From positions 1 through 64,000 of the forward strand of contig DAOORA010000009.1 of NCBI GenBank assembly GCA_035389045.1: 64,000 nucleotides of DNA, given 5' to 3'. Below the pieces are notes generated by a model that saw only the letters and a list, made by a program, of their open reading frames with translations, made no database searches and was not told where the DNA came from. The stretch comes from Bacteroidales bacterium (GTDB taxonomy: Bacteria > Bacteroidota > Bacteroidia > Bacteroidales > CAIWKO01). This document shows, piece after piece, positions 1 to 8,686 of this stretch (the stretch's first letter is position 1; each line of letters opens with the position of its first letter). Made by a program: the position numbers and the translations under genes.

Positions 1-307
1 CAGCAAAAAAGACGCATAAAGATATGAAAAGATAAAATCAAAACAATTTCTTAAATTCCATTTCAGAATAAAATCAGATGTCTTGAAAGACAATACTAAA
101 ATAATTACTATTGACATTGTTCCTAACGTACTCACAATAAATTATTTGTGGTTATATATAAGTATTCGAAAAATCAATGATAATTATTCTGACAAAGAAA
201 AAAACTGCAAATAAATAGTATCGGAAACGTGAACCAAAATTCTTTTACAGTTTGAAATATCATTTTTTTTCCTTTAATTTGTGATATAATTTACCTATTA
301 AATCCGG

Positions 308-1897
308 ATGAAACCCAGGTTATTTTTACTGTACCTTATTTTTTTCCACGCAGCAACACTCCTGTTCTCACAGATCACGCTCAACAGCAATAATTTTCCG
401 GTAGGCGGTTTACAGGCAGGACGCGGTTATGTACTCTCTTATGCCAATGCTTTGGGTAACCCGGGCGCAAACCAGTTTTACGATTTCACCAATATTACCC
501 CTGTTTTGCACGACAGCATAAAGTATTATATCGCCGCACAGACACTATGGACATCTTACCATCCGGGAGCGACAGTGGCCGGTATGGAGGCTTCAAACAA
601 TATAAAGTATGTTTATTATTACACTCCCGGTCCCGGAGCGTTTTGCAGGACAGGACTCACTCTCATCGGAGATTTCGGACAAGGCATCGATACCGTTCAT
701 GGTAATTACTCATCACCGGACACTTTATTGACAAACCAGTATACGTATGGATATTCCAAAACAGTATATTCATCCGTGACCATTCCGAACATTCTTACCC
801 TGGTCAATTATCAGATAAAAACCAGAAGAAATATTTTGGTAGACGGATGGGGGCAGTTAGAAACACCTCTGAACTACTATTCTGATGTGCTTAGGGTGAA
901 ATATGCCGAATACCGCTACGATACGGCATTTATTATCACAACGCCCTCCTACTATGTGGCAGATACCCAATATTACTATGATTACTATGCTAAAGATGTC
1001 CGCCAACCTGTCGTCAGAGCACATACTGACAAAAATTACAATCTCCAGTACTTTGAGTACCTCTATACACCACCGGTAATAACAGGCTGTATGGATAGCA
1101 TGGCACTAAATTACAACCCGCTGGCCAATCAGGCTGATGGCAACTGTATCTATTGTTCTGTCAATTATTCGATAACTCCCGACACTACCATTTGCCAGGG
1201 AACGGCCATAACATTGAATATCAGCGGAGGAAGCAGTTATCTTTGGTCCGACGGCAGCACAGGATCATCCCTTGCTGTAACACCCACAGAAACAACAGTA
1301 TATACCGCATATGTCAGCAACAGCCCTGTATGTCATGCCCTGGCCTCTGTTGAGGTGACCGTGGATAAACCGGTAACGGCCATGTTCTGGACAACACTCG
1401 ACCATTATAATACCGGTGATTTGATACAGTTTATCAACCTTTCGTCCAATGCCTCCATTTACCAGTGGAGTTTTGATGATGTGCCGGATGGTTTCAGCAG
1501 CCTGCCATATCCTTCACATACCTATGCTGTGCCGGGAATGAAGCACATCATACTGATCGCATCAAATACGTGTTATTCCGATACCATCACAGACTCGATA
1601 ATGATCCATGACGGGACTTTTATCGGCAGCCAGGCGTTTTCTGATGTTTATGCCATTTATCCCAACCCCGGTGCAGATCATCTTTTCATTGAAGGCCACT
1701 TTGATAAATCCGCCAGTCTTGAAATAAATACGATAGACATGCTGGGCCGCAAAAGAAATGTTGCATTTTATAAAAATATATCCGGAGATTTCAGATTACA
1801 AAATGATTTCAGCCAACTGGAACAGGGTGTTTATATGATCGAACTCATTAAAAACGGAGAACAAATCACGCTGCACAAATGGATCAAAACGAAATAA
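308..1897 (+). CDS. Secreted protein with PKD domain and T9SS type-A C-terminal sorting domain
   Basis: Signal peptide; DGWGQLETP motif; Cys repeat GCMDSMALNYNPLANQADGNCIY; PKD-like QFINLSSNASIYQWSFDD; CTD IYPNP...DMLGR...QGVYMIEL...HKWIKTK. Confidence 0.8.
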   Translation: MKPRLFLLYLIFFHAATLLFSQITLNSNNFPVGGLQAGRGYVLSYANALGNPGANQFYDFTNITPVLHDSIKYYIAAQTLWTSYHPGATVAGMEASNNIKYVYYYTPGPGAFCRTGLTLIGDFGQGIDTVHGNYSSPDTLLTNQYTYGYSKTVYSSVTIPNILTLVNYQIKTRRNILVDGWGQLETPLNYYSDVLRVKYAEYRYDTAFIITTPSYYVADTQYYYDYYAKDVRQPVVRAHTDKNYNLQYFEYLYTPPVITGCMDSMALNYNPLANQADGNCIYCSVNYSITPDTTICQGTAITLNISGGSSYLWSDGSTGSSLAVTPTETTVYTAYVSNSPVCHALASVEVTVDKPVTAMFWTTLDHYNTGDLIQFINLSSNASIYQWSFDDVPDGFSSLPYPSHTYAVPGMKHIILIASNTCYSDTITDSIMIHDGTFIGSQAFSDVYAIYPNPGADHLFIEGHFDKSASLEINTIDMLGRKRNVAFYKNISGDFRLQNDFSQLEQGVYMIELIKNGEQITLHKWIKTK

Positions 1898-1901
1898 AAA
1901 A

Positions 1902-4900
1902 ATGATAAAAAAAATATCTTTTTTTGCGCTGATCATAATGATCTTTTTGGAAACATCTGCACAGGTGGTCATTAATGAGTTGTCGCCATCGAATAATTCT
2001 GTCCGGGTGGATGAAGACGGAGATTACCCCGATTGGATTGAATTGTATAACACGGGCTCATCTGTGGTTTATTTAGGAGGTTACAAGCTAAGTGATAACA
2101 GTTCACAGCCGGATAAATGGATTTTTCCATCGGGAATTAGCTTACAGCCCCATGGGTTTCTGACGGTGTTCGCTTCGGATAAAAACCGTAAAGCGTTTTT
2201 CAATCACTGGGAAACCGTCGTATATGCCAATGATAACTGGCGTTACATAAAGCCGTTATCCGAGCCCGATTCGAACTGGAGAAAACTTCCTTCGTTCAAC
2301 GACGGTGCCTGGTCGCAAGGCCCTGGCGGAATAGGATACGGCGACGGGGACGACAATACACTGATTACAGCACCGGCCACATCGGTTTATATGCGGCGCG
2401 TATTTACTATCGCAGATACCTCGGTGATTGCTTCCGCAGTGTTACATATGGATTATGATGATGCTTTTGTTGCCTATATCAACGGGGTTGAAATTGCCCG
2501 GGCCAACATAGGTGTCAACGGAACACCGGTAGGCTTTTCAGTTACAGCCTTTGCCGAACACGAAGCCCGGATGTACGCCGGAGGAAAGCCGGAAGCCTTT
2601 GTCATCAGCGAGAGTGTTCTGAAATCATTTCTTGTGAATGGTAATAATGTACTGGCCATACAGGTACATAACCTAAGCCCTTTGTCGTCCGACATGAGCG
2701 CTCTGCCATGGCTTTCGGCAGGAATAAAAAACACTTCAGCAAATTACGGTGCAGTACCTTCGTGGTTTAACCTCAGCGCTTCCGCCCTGCACACCAATTT
2801 TAAATTATCTCAGAACGGTGAAACACTGATTTTATCAAATCCTGCCGGTTCTGTTATCAGCCAGGTGACCTTTGGTCTTGTACTTTCCGATCATTCATAC
2901 GGATTCCAGCCCGATGGAACGACACAGCCCAAATACTTCAAAACCCCTACTCCCGATGCCTCCAATAACCTTGTGACCGCTTACGTCGGATATACTTCGG
3001 AGCCCCAGTTTTCACTTCAGGGAGGATTTTATCCCGGTACACAGTCATTAGCCCTGTATACCTCTACGCCGGGGGGTATCATTCATTTCACTGCCGACGG
3101 GAGTATTCCTGAAATCTCATCCCCCGTATACACCATGCCGGTGCAGATTGATTCCACGGTGGTTATCAGGGCACGCACTTTTCATCCAGGCCTGCTTGAG
3201 GGGAATACCCTTTCCAACTCATATTTCATCAAAGATTCTTCTTCAGCCAGACTGCCCGTCATCTCGCTTACGGTTCCCCCGTCGCTTATGTTCGACCCCA
3301 ATACCGGCATTTATGTGAAAGGCCCGAATGCCGATGCTTCGGCGCCGTTCTTCGGCGCTAATTTCTGGCAGGAAAAAGAAATCCCTGCTCATATTGAATA
3401 TTTTGACACCTTGCGCCATCTTGGTTTTAAACAAAACATCGGAATTGAAATATACGGGAATTATTCCAGGTCATATCCTCAGAAAAGCTTGAAGATCATT
3501 GCACGGGAAAGCTATGGAAATGGTTCTTTTGACTATCATCTGTTCCCCGATAAGGATATTCACTCTTTTAAACAATTCATCATCCGGAATTCAGGCACAG
3601 ACTGGAACCAGACACATATGCGTGACGCACTCATACAAAGCCTTTCATTAAAACCTACGGATTGTGATGTTATGGCGTATCAGCCCGCGGTGGTATACAT
3701 AAATGGAAAATACTGGGGTGTTTATAACATGCGCGAAAAAATCAATAAGGATTATCTGGCTGAAAACCATAATGTTGACCCTGATTCTGTTGACCTTTTG
3801 GAATACAACGGATTTGTGATGTCGGGCTCTAATGATGCTTTTTTACAAATGGGCATGTATGTACTTTTACATGATATGTCCATCCCGTCAAACTTTGAGT
3901 TTGCAGATTCTCTTATTGACCTTAAAAACTTTGCGGATTATTTTGCTGTGGAAACATGGACCGATAACTGGGACTGGCTGACCAACAATGTACGTTACTG
4001 GAGGGAGAACAAAGCCGGAAAAAAGTGGCGTTATATTTTATGGGACCTGGATAACGGAATGGGCGGCCCCTGGTCGTATGTTTTCAATTCGCTGGATACC
4101 AACCTGCATAAAACCACTGATTATACATCCATACTTTTCAGCAGGCTGCTGGCCAACCAGGCTTACCGTAACTATTTTATCAATCGCTACGCTGACCTGA
4201 TCAACACACTATTTACGCCTCAGCATTTTAATGCAACCCTGAACAAATTCAGAAACCGGCTGGACCATGAAATGGTCAGGCATTTCAAACGATGGGGAAG
4301 CGGCTTTAGTAATCCCGACTGGGGTATCAACGGACATGGCAGTTATGACAACTGGAAAAATTATCAGTTACCCGAGTTGACGGCATTCTGCAACAACAGG
4401 CAGATCACTGCACGCAACCATATTCAGGAAACTTTCGGGCTAAAAAAACAGGTTCCCGTCACTCTGAATGTGTATCCTCCACAGGCAGGTAAAATTCTGA
4501 TCAACACCATAAGCCTTGAAGATATGCCCTGGTCGGGGATTTATTTCGACAGTGTCCCGGTCACCATCACTGTTATTCCCAATCCCGGGTATCATTTCAG
4601 TTTCTGGCAGTCTGTGATAAAGTTCCCTGCACCACAATATGATTCAACGCTGACATTTGTTCCCGATACTTCCGATGTAATCACTGCATACTTTATGGGG
4701 CAAGCAGATACAGCAAAAATCACCTTCAGCGAGATCAATTATAATTCATGGCAGGGAATGAACTCCGGTGATTGGATAGAATTGCACAATTACAGCAACT
4801 GGCCGATGGATATATCAGGATGGAAGTTCAAGGACAGCCAGGATAATAACATTTTTCTTTTACCGGAAAATACCATTATACCCCCTGATGAATACCTGGT

Positions 4901-5474
4901 GCTTTGCCAGGACACCACAGAATTCCGGTCTGTTTATCCCGGAATTAATAATATCCTTGGCTCTTTTGATTTCGGACTGAATTCTGCTGCAGAAAGCCTG
5001 CGTTTGTTCGACAGGGATATGAACATTTACCTTTCGATGACTTTTTCAGGTAACAGTCCCTGGCCGGCAGGCGCCAACGGTACCGGACGAACACTCGAGT
5101 TGCTTTCGGTGAGCGTGAATATTGACAATCCGTTGAACTGGTTTGCCGGCTGCCCCGGAGGCTCTCCGTGCGGTCCTTTTATCCCGTGCGATAACTCGGG
5201 AGAAGATACCATCAATGGTAATTCAGATGGGATTATTGCTGTTTACCCCAACCCTGTTACGGAAAGCTTGATCATCAACATCAACCCCGGCAGCCTGGCT
5301 AAGGCAGATTTTTCGTTTACCCTGTATGACATGATGGGAAAGACAGTTTATAAAATAAATGACATACCCTCAGATGAATTTACTGTGCTTAACAATTACC
5401 TACCCGGAATATACTTCTATAGGATTTTTTCTTCAGACGGCTATTTAAAAAGCGGAAAACTTGTTTTCAGATAA
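1902..5474 (+). CDS. CotH-family kinase with lamin-tail domains, chitobiase/FN3-like domain and T9SS CTD
   Basis: LTD motifs VINE...DWIELYN (N-terminal) and SEINYN...DWIELHN; CotH motifs GNYSRSYPQKSLKI, GVYNMREK, DNWDWLTNN, WRYILWDLDNG; CTD VYPNP...GIYFYRI...SGKLVFR. Confidence 0.88.
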   Translation: MIKKISFFALIIMIFLETSAQVVINELSPSNNSVRVDEDGDYPDWIELYNTGSSVVYLGGYKLSDNSSQPDKWIFPSGISLQPHGFLTVFASDKNRKAFFNHWETVVYANDNWRYIKPLSEPDSNWRKLPSFNDGAWSQGPGGIGYGDGDDNTLITAPATSVYMRRVFTIADTSVIASAVLHMDYDDAFVAYINGVEIARANIGVNGTPVGFSVTAFAEHEARMYAGGKPEAFVISESVLKSFLVNGNNVLAIQVHNLSPLSSDMSALPWLSAGIKNTSANYGAVPSWFNLSASALHTNFKLSQNGETLILSNPAGSVISQVTFGLVLSDHSYGFQPDGTTQPKYFKTPTPDASNNLVTAYVGYTSEPQFSLQGGFYPGTQSLALYTSTPGGIIHFTADGSIPEISSPVYTMPVQIDSTVVIRARTFHPGLLEGNTLSNSYFIKDSSSARLPVISLTVPPSLMFDPNTGIYVKGPNADASAPFFGANFWQEKEIPAHIEYFDTLRHLGFKQNIGIEIYGNYSRSYPQKSLKIIARESYGNGSFDYHLFPDKDIHSFKQFIIRNSGTDWNQTHMRDALIQSLSLKPTDCDVMAYQPAVVYINGKYWGVYNMREKINKDYLAENHNVDPDSVDLLEYNGFVMSGSNDAFLQMGMYVLLHDMSIPSNFEFADSLIDLKNFADYFAVETWTDNWDWLTNNVRYWRENKAGKKWRYILWDLDNGMGGPWSYVFNSLDTNLHKTTDYTSILFSRLLANQAYRNYFINRYADLINTLFTPQHFNATLNKFRNRLDHEMVRHFKRWGSGFSNPDWGINGHGSYDNWKNYQLPELTAFCNNRQITARNHIQETFGLKKQVPVTLNVYPPQAGKILINTISLEDMPWSGIYFDSVPVTITVIPNPGYHFSFWQSVIKFPAPQYDSTLTFVPDTSDVITAYFMGQADTAKITFSEINYNSWQGMNSGDWIELHNYSNWPMDISGWKFKDSQDNNIFLLPENTIIPPDEYLVLCQDTTEFRSVYPGINNILGSFDFGLNSAAESLRLFDRDMNIYLSMTFSGNSPWPAGANGTGRTLELLSVSVNIDNPLNWFAGCPGGSPCGPFIPCDNSGEDTINGNSDGIIAVYPNPVTESLIININPGSLAKADFSFTLYDMMGKTVYKINDIPSDEFTVLNNYLPGIYFYRIFSSDGYLKSGKLVFR

Positions 5475-5482
5475 AGCAGCCG

Positions 5483-6163
5483 CTATAAACTGATATTGTA
5501 TCCAATACCGATAATATGGTCGGTTCCGGGGTTTACGACATGGTATTCCTTCTGGAACATATAAAACAAATCTATGGTATTCATCCGGTTTATTTCATAC
5601 TCCAATCCGGCACAATAGCGGGTGTTGTCAAGGAAAATATCATACGGTCGTTTAAGCGGCGAATAAATCTCGGCATAAAAATAGGGTTTAATGCTTCTGC
5701 CGTCGTCATATTTAATCATCAGCTTATTACGTATATGATTTGCCGGTATTTCACCATCAGCACTTGACAACACATCGGTATACTGGCTTTGGAAACGCGT
5801 CCGTAAGGTAATTACCACCGGGTTGAATTTTTTTCGCAGCGTCAGGTCAAAATAATAACGATGCCGCATACTGTAAGAATCGTTCGACCTGCGTTTGTTG
5901 ATAAAACGGTAATTGGCAGAAATTTTCAAATATTTATTAATTTTATATGTAACACCTGCATCGGTGAAAAAAGTCCCCAGTTCAGTAAAATTTTCATTCA
6001 TTCTGAATTCCTGGTTCAGGTTGACAGATAAACCAGGAATGATTTTCTTCTCGATGCCCGCATAGATCCATAAATTGGCATCCTGCACCTGGGAAAAGCA
6101 AGTTGTTGCAGTTAACAAACCTGCAAAAAACAGTACTATCCTTTTTATTAAACCGTTCCTCAT
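5483..6163 (-). CDS. DUF2490-like outer-membrane beta-barrel protein
   Basis: Signal peptide, alternating beta-strand pattern, Arg-rich strands, C-terminal HIIGIGYNISL; ATGA overlap with upstream DUF4956 gene. Confidence 0.75.
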   Translation of the reverse strand: MRNGLIKRIVLFFAGLLTATTCFSQVQDANLWIYAGIEKKIIPGLSVNLNQEFRMNENFTELGTFFTDAGVTYKINKYLKISANYRFINKRRSNDSYSMRHRYYFDLTLRKKFNPVVITLRTRFQSQYTDVLSSADGEIPANHIRNKLMIKYDDGRSIKPYFYAEIYSPLKRPYDIFLDNTRYCAGLEYEINRMNTIDLFYMFQKEYHVVNPGTDHIIGIGYNISL

Positions 6164-6882
6164 TTTTTGTTATAGTAATATACGATGATTTTCGCTGCAT
6201 CTTTAAGAAAATCAATCTTCTGAATCTCAAAACGGTGAACATTCAATCCGGTTCTTTTTTTCAAATCGTTCAGTAATTCAGCATGGTTCTCCTGTTTAAT
6301 CATCTCGATATTTTCGTACCTGATCTCCTTCGAGCTCTCATGCCGGAAAAGCCATCTGCAGTCCAGCAAAAATGTAAATACCAGAATAATTCCGTTAATA
6401 ATTATAAGTTCATAATAGTCAAGCCTGATAGCGCTTATCAGTCCTATGCCGACAAAAAGGAACAGGTAGGTCATATCTTTCATGGATATACCCTGTGTCC
6501 GGTACCGGAGCATAGAGAATACGGCAAACAACCCAAAGGCAGCCCCCATGGACAATTTGATTTTGTTCAGCACAAAGGTCAGCATGAAAATCATCAGATT
6601 AAACATGAAGAAAGTAAAGATATTTTCGTATCTTTTATTATTGGGATAATAAATAAGGATTATAAGCATAAGCATGGTTACCACATCAATGAGCAGGCCA
6701 TACCAGAATTTCTCATTGATCTCAACATCATTCTTCTTCTTTTTTTCAACAGTGGTTCCGGAGTCATCATCAACCATAATAGATGTTTCCTGGCTGACAT
6801 TGGTCTGGGCGATGGCCGGTTGTGCGGGTGCAAGATAGCATAACAACAATAGCGCTGCTAAAAGAAATTTTAATTGTATCAT
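6160..6882 (-). CDS. DUF4956-family membrane protein
   Basis: SMGAAFGLFAVFSMLRYRT...KDMTYLF motif, several TM helices, C-terminal DLKKRTGL..IDFLKD; ATG at 6882 preferred over TTG at 6900. Confidence 0.85.
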   Translation of the reverse strand: MIQLKFLLAALLLLCYLAPAQPAIAQTNVSQETSIMVDDDSGTTVEKKKKNDVEINEKFWYGLLIDVVTMLMLIILIYYPNNKRYENIFTFFMFNLMIFMLTFVLNKIKLSMGAAFGLFAVFSMLRYRTQGISMKDMTYLFLFVGIGLISAIRLDYYELIIINGIILVFTFLLDCRWLFRHESSKEIRYENIEMIKQENHAELLNDLKKRTGLNVHRFEIQKIDFLKDAAKIIVYYYNKK

Positions 6883-7624
6883 GATGCGATTTTTTAACAA
6901 TTCGGAACTTGGGTTTAAAATTATTTATTCTGATATTATCATATACACTATAAATGCCAAAACAATATTTGCTTATGGAAACACGCGGAATATGTATGTC
7001 GCGCATCAGCAGGGCAAAAAAGGATTTTGTACTTTTATCCTGTTTTAATTCAGCAATTACAAGATTGGGATAAGATACGGTCTTTCCATTGCTTTCGTAA
7101 GTGAGGTTAAGATCAATGGTCAGGCGTTCGCGGGAACTTTTATTGACCAGGGTGATCCTTTTGTATTTAACCCATAGTCTTGCAAGCAAAGTGTCAGGAT
7201 TGATCGTGGATTTTTTTAAAACAAAACGTTTTGTTTCTTCCGATAGTTGTTCTTCAATACCATACATGCGGAAACGTTGTTTCAGGGTACGGCTTTTATT
7301 GCTCTTGAATTTAACTTCAAAAAAGGTCACATCGGTATCCTTATAGCAACGATACCGTACTTTATAGCGGTTTAATTTACCGCATTGATGCTGGCGGAAA
7401 AGATTAAAATCTTTTGTATCATAATAAAGTGTTTCATAATGGTTGGTACGGATATCGCCGAAACTCAGTATACGGTAATCCGAAACCAGCGCTTTTAATA
7501 TTCCGGGTAAATAACTGATATTAAACGTAAATTTTGTATCTACCCTGTTCAGTAATTTCACCTCATTCATTTCTTCTAATGAGATGGGGTCAAAAGAATC
7601 TAATATTTTCAGTATTTCATCCAT
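6770..7624 (-). CDS. VTC-domain (polyphosphate polymerase-like, CYTH/TTM tunnel fold) protein
   Basis: LLNRVDTKF, YETLYYDT, RYKVRYRCY, FFEVKFK, YKRITLVN..ERLTID, IAELKQ, SKYC motifs; last ~37 codons probably arise from a frameshift. Confidence 0.88.
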   Translation of the reverse strand: MDEILKILDSFDPISLEEMNEVKLLNRVDTKFTFNISYLPGILKALVSDYRILSFGDIRTNHYETLYYDTKDFNLFRQHQCGKLNRYKVRYRCYKDTDVTFFEVKFKSNKSRTLKQRFRMYGIEEQLSEETKRFVLKKSTINPDTLLARLWVKYKRITLVNKSSRERLTIDLNLTYESNGKTVSYPNLVIAELKQDKSTKSFFALLMRDIHIPRVSISKYCFGIYSVYDNIRINNFKPKFRIVKKSHHDTIKISFSSAIVVMLSCTRTTGHRPDQCQPGNIYYG

Positions 7625-7643
7625 GTATCAATCATTGCAATGA

Positions 7644-8207
7644 TCAATAATACTCATATATATAATGCCTGCCCGACTCCAGATCGCCTGCTTTATTAAA
7701 TGTCTGCCTGGTTTCCTTCATTTTCCTGGAATTATAGGTGTAGACAAATTTCTTATCCAGATTCCCTGCGCCATCATAAACCATCTCTGTGGCCTTATCA
7801 CCGTTGGCATTATAGGTATATGTTGTCTTTTTTATCAGGGCTCCATCCTTATATTCTGCTTCTTCAGTACAATCACCATTGGCATTGAATTTATATATTT
7901 TTTTTTCATTGATATTTTTTTTCTGGTCAAAGAGAGTTTCCTCGGTCTTATTACCAAAGGCATCAAATTTTTGGGTTTCCTTGATCTTTATGCTTCCGTC
8001 TTTGTTATATTCGGATTTTTCTAACTCTTCACCATCTTTGTTATACAATGTATAGGCAACTTTATAGCCATCGGTTTTACTGTCCTTTTTATCGGCCTGC
8101 CAGGTGGTAATACTCTTGATTTTATTGGCCCTGATCTCTTTCTTCTTTTGGCCGTATACAGCGGACAACAAAGAAATACATAGGATCAGCAGTGTTATTT
8201 TCTTCAT
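7644..8207 (-). CDS. Secreted Lys-rich protein with YD/RHS-like beta-hairpin repeats
   Basis: Signal peptide; repeated Y-x-Y-N-x-x-G...E-x-x-Y units; about 30 Lys in 187 aa. Confidence 0.65.
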   Translation of the reverse strand: MKKITLLILCISLLSAVYGQKKKEIRANKIKSITTWQADKKDSKTDGYKVAYTLYNKDGEELEKSEYNKDGSIKIKETQKFDAFGNKTEETLFDQKKNINEKKIYKFNANGDCTEEAEYKDGALIKKTTYTYNANGDKATEMVYDGAGNLDKKFVYTYNSRKMKETRQTFNKAGDLESGRHYIYEYY

Positions 8208-8213
8208 GATCCT

Positions 8214-8615
8214 TTATTTAAATATCACAATATCTTCAGTTTCGACTTCCTGATTATTTTTGGTGATCTCAACATCCCGTATTACCGGGATCATAGCATT
8301 GGTCTGCAATGTGGAGTCTTCAGAATAAGCATACACATGATACATACCCTTTCTGAGGTACTTAAACTCAAAGGTTCCGTCGTAATTCGACCTTATGCGT
8401 TCACTGTATGTTTTATCATCACCGTAAATAATATAAACATCTATATCCTGCCCAAAGTACTGTTCGAGAAAAACGGAATATGTTGAATTATAATCCCTTA
8501 CAATTATTTTTCCATAAATACTCGATGTACCTCCTTCGCCGGCCTCTTTTTTACAGGAATTAAAAAACATAGCCGGCAGTGCAGCTAACAAAAAGATTAT
8601 GACTTTGGTTCTCAT
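8214..8615 (-). CDS. Lipoprotein with transthyretin/carboxypeptidase-regulatory-like beta fold
   Basis: Start re-placed at MRTKV; lipobox FFNS-C-KKE; YDGTFEFKYLRKGMYHVYAYS. Confidence 0.7.
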   Translation of the reverse strand: MRTKVIIFLLAALPAMFFNSCKKEAGEGGTSSIYGKIIVRDYNSTYSVFLEQYFGQDIDVYIIYGDDKTYSERIRSNYDGTFEFKYLRKGMYHVYAYSEDSTLQTNAMIPVIRDVEITKNNQEVETEDIVIFK

Positions 8616-8686
8616 ATAATTTAATTTAATACTTCCTTTTATATTCGACTTAAAAATAGTATAATAAATTCTAATAAAATTAAAAA

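Noticed and set aside
6283..6843. Long antisense ORFs (also 39529..40161 and 53262..53813)
   Set aside because: They lie entirely opposite well-supported genes and have no motifs.
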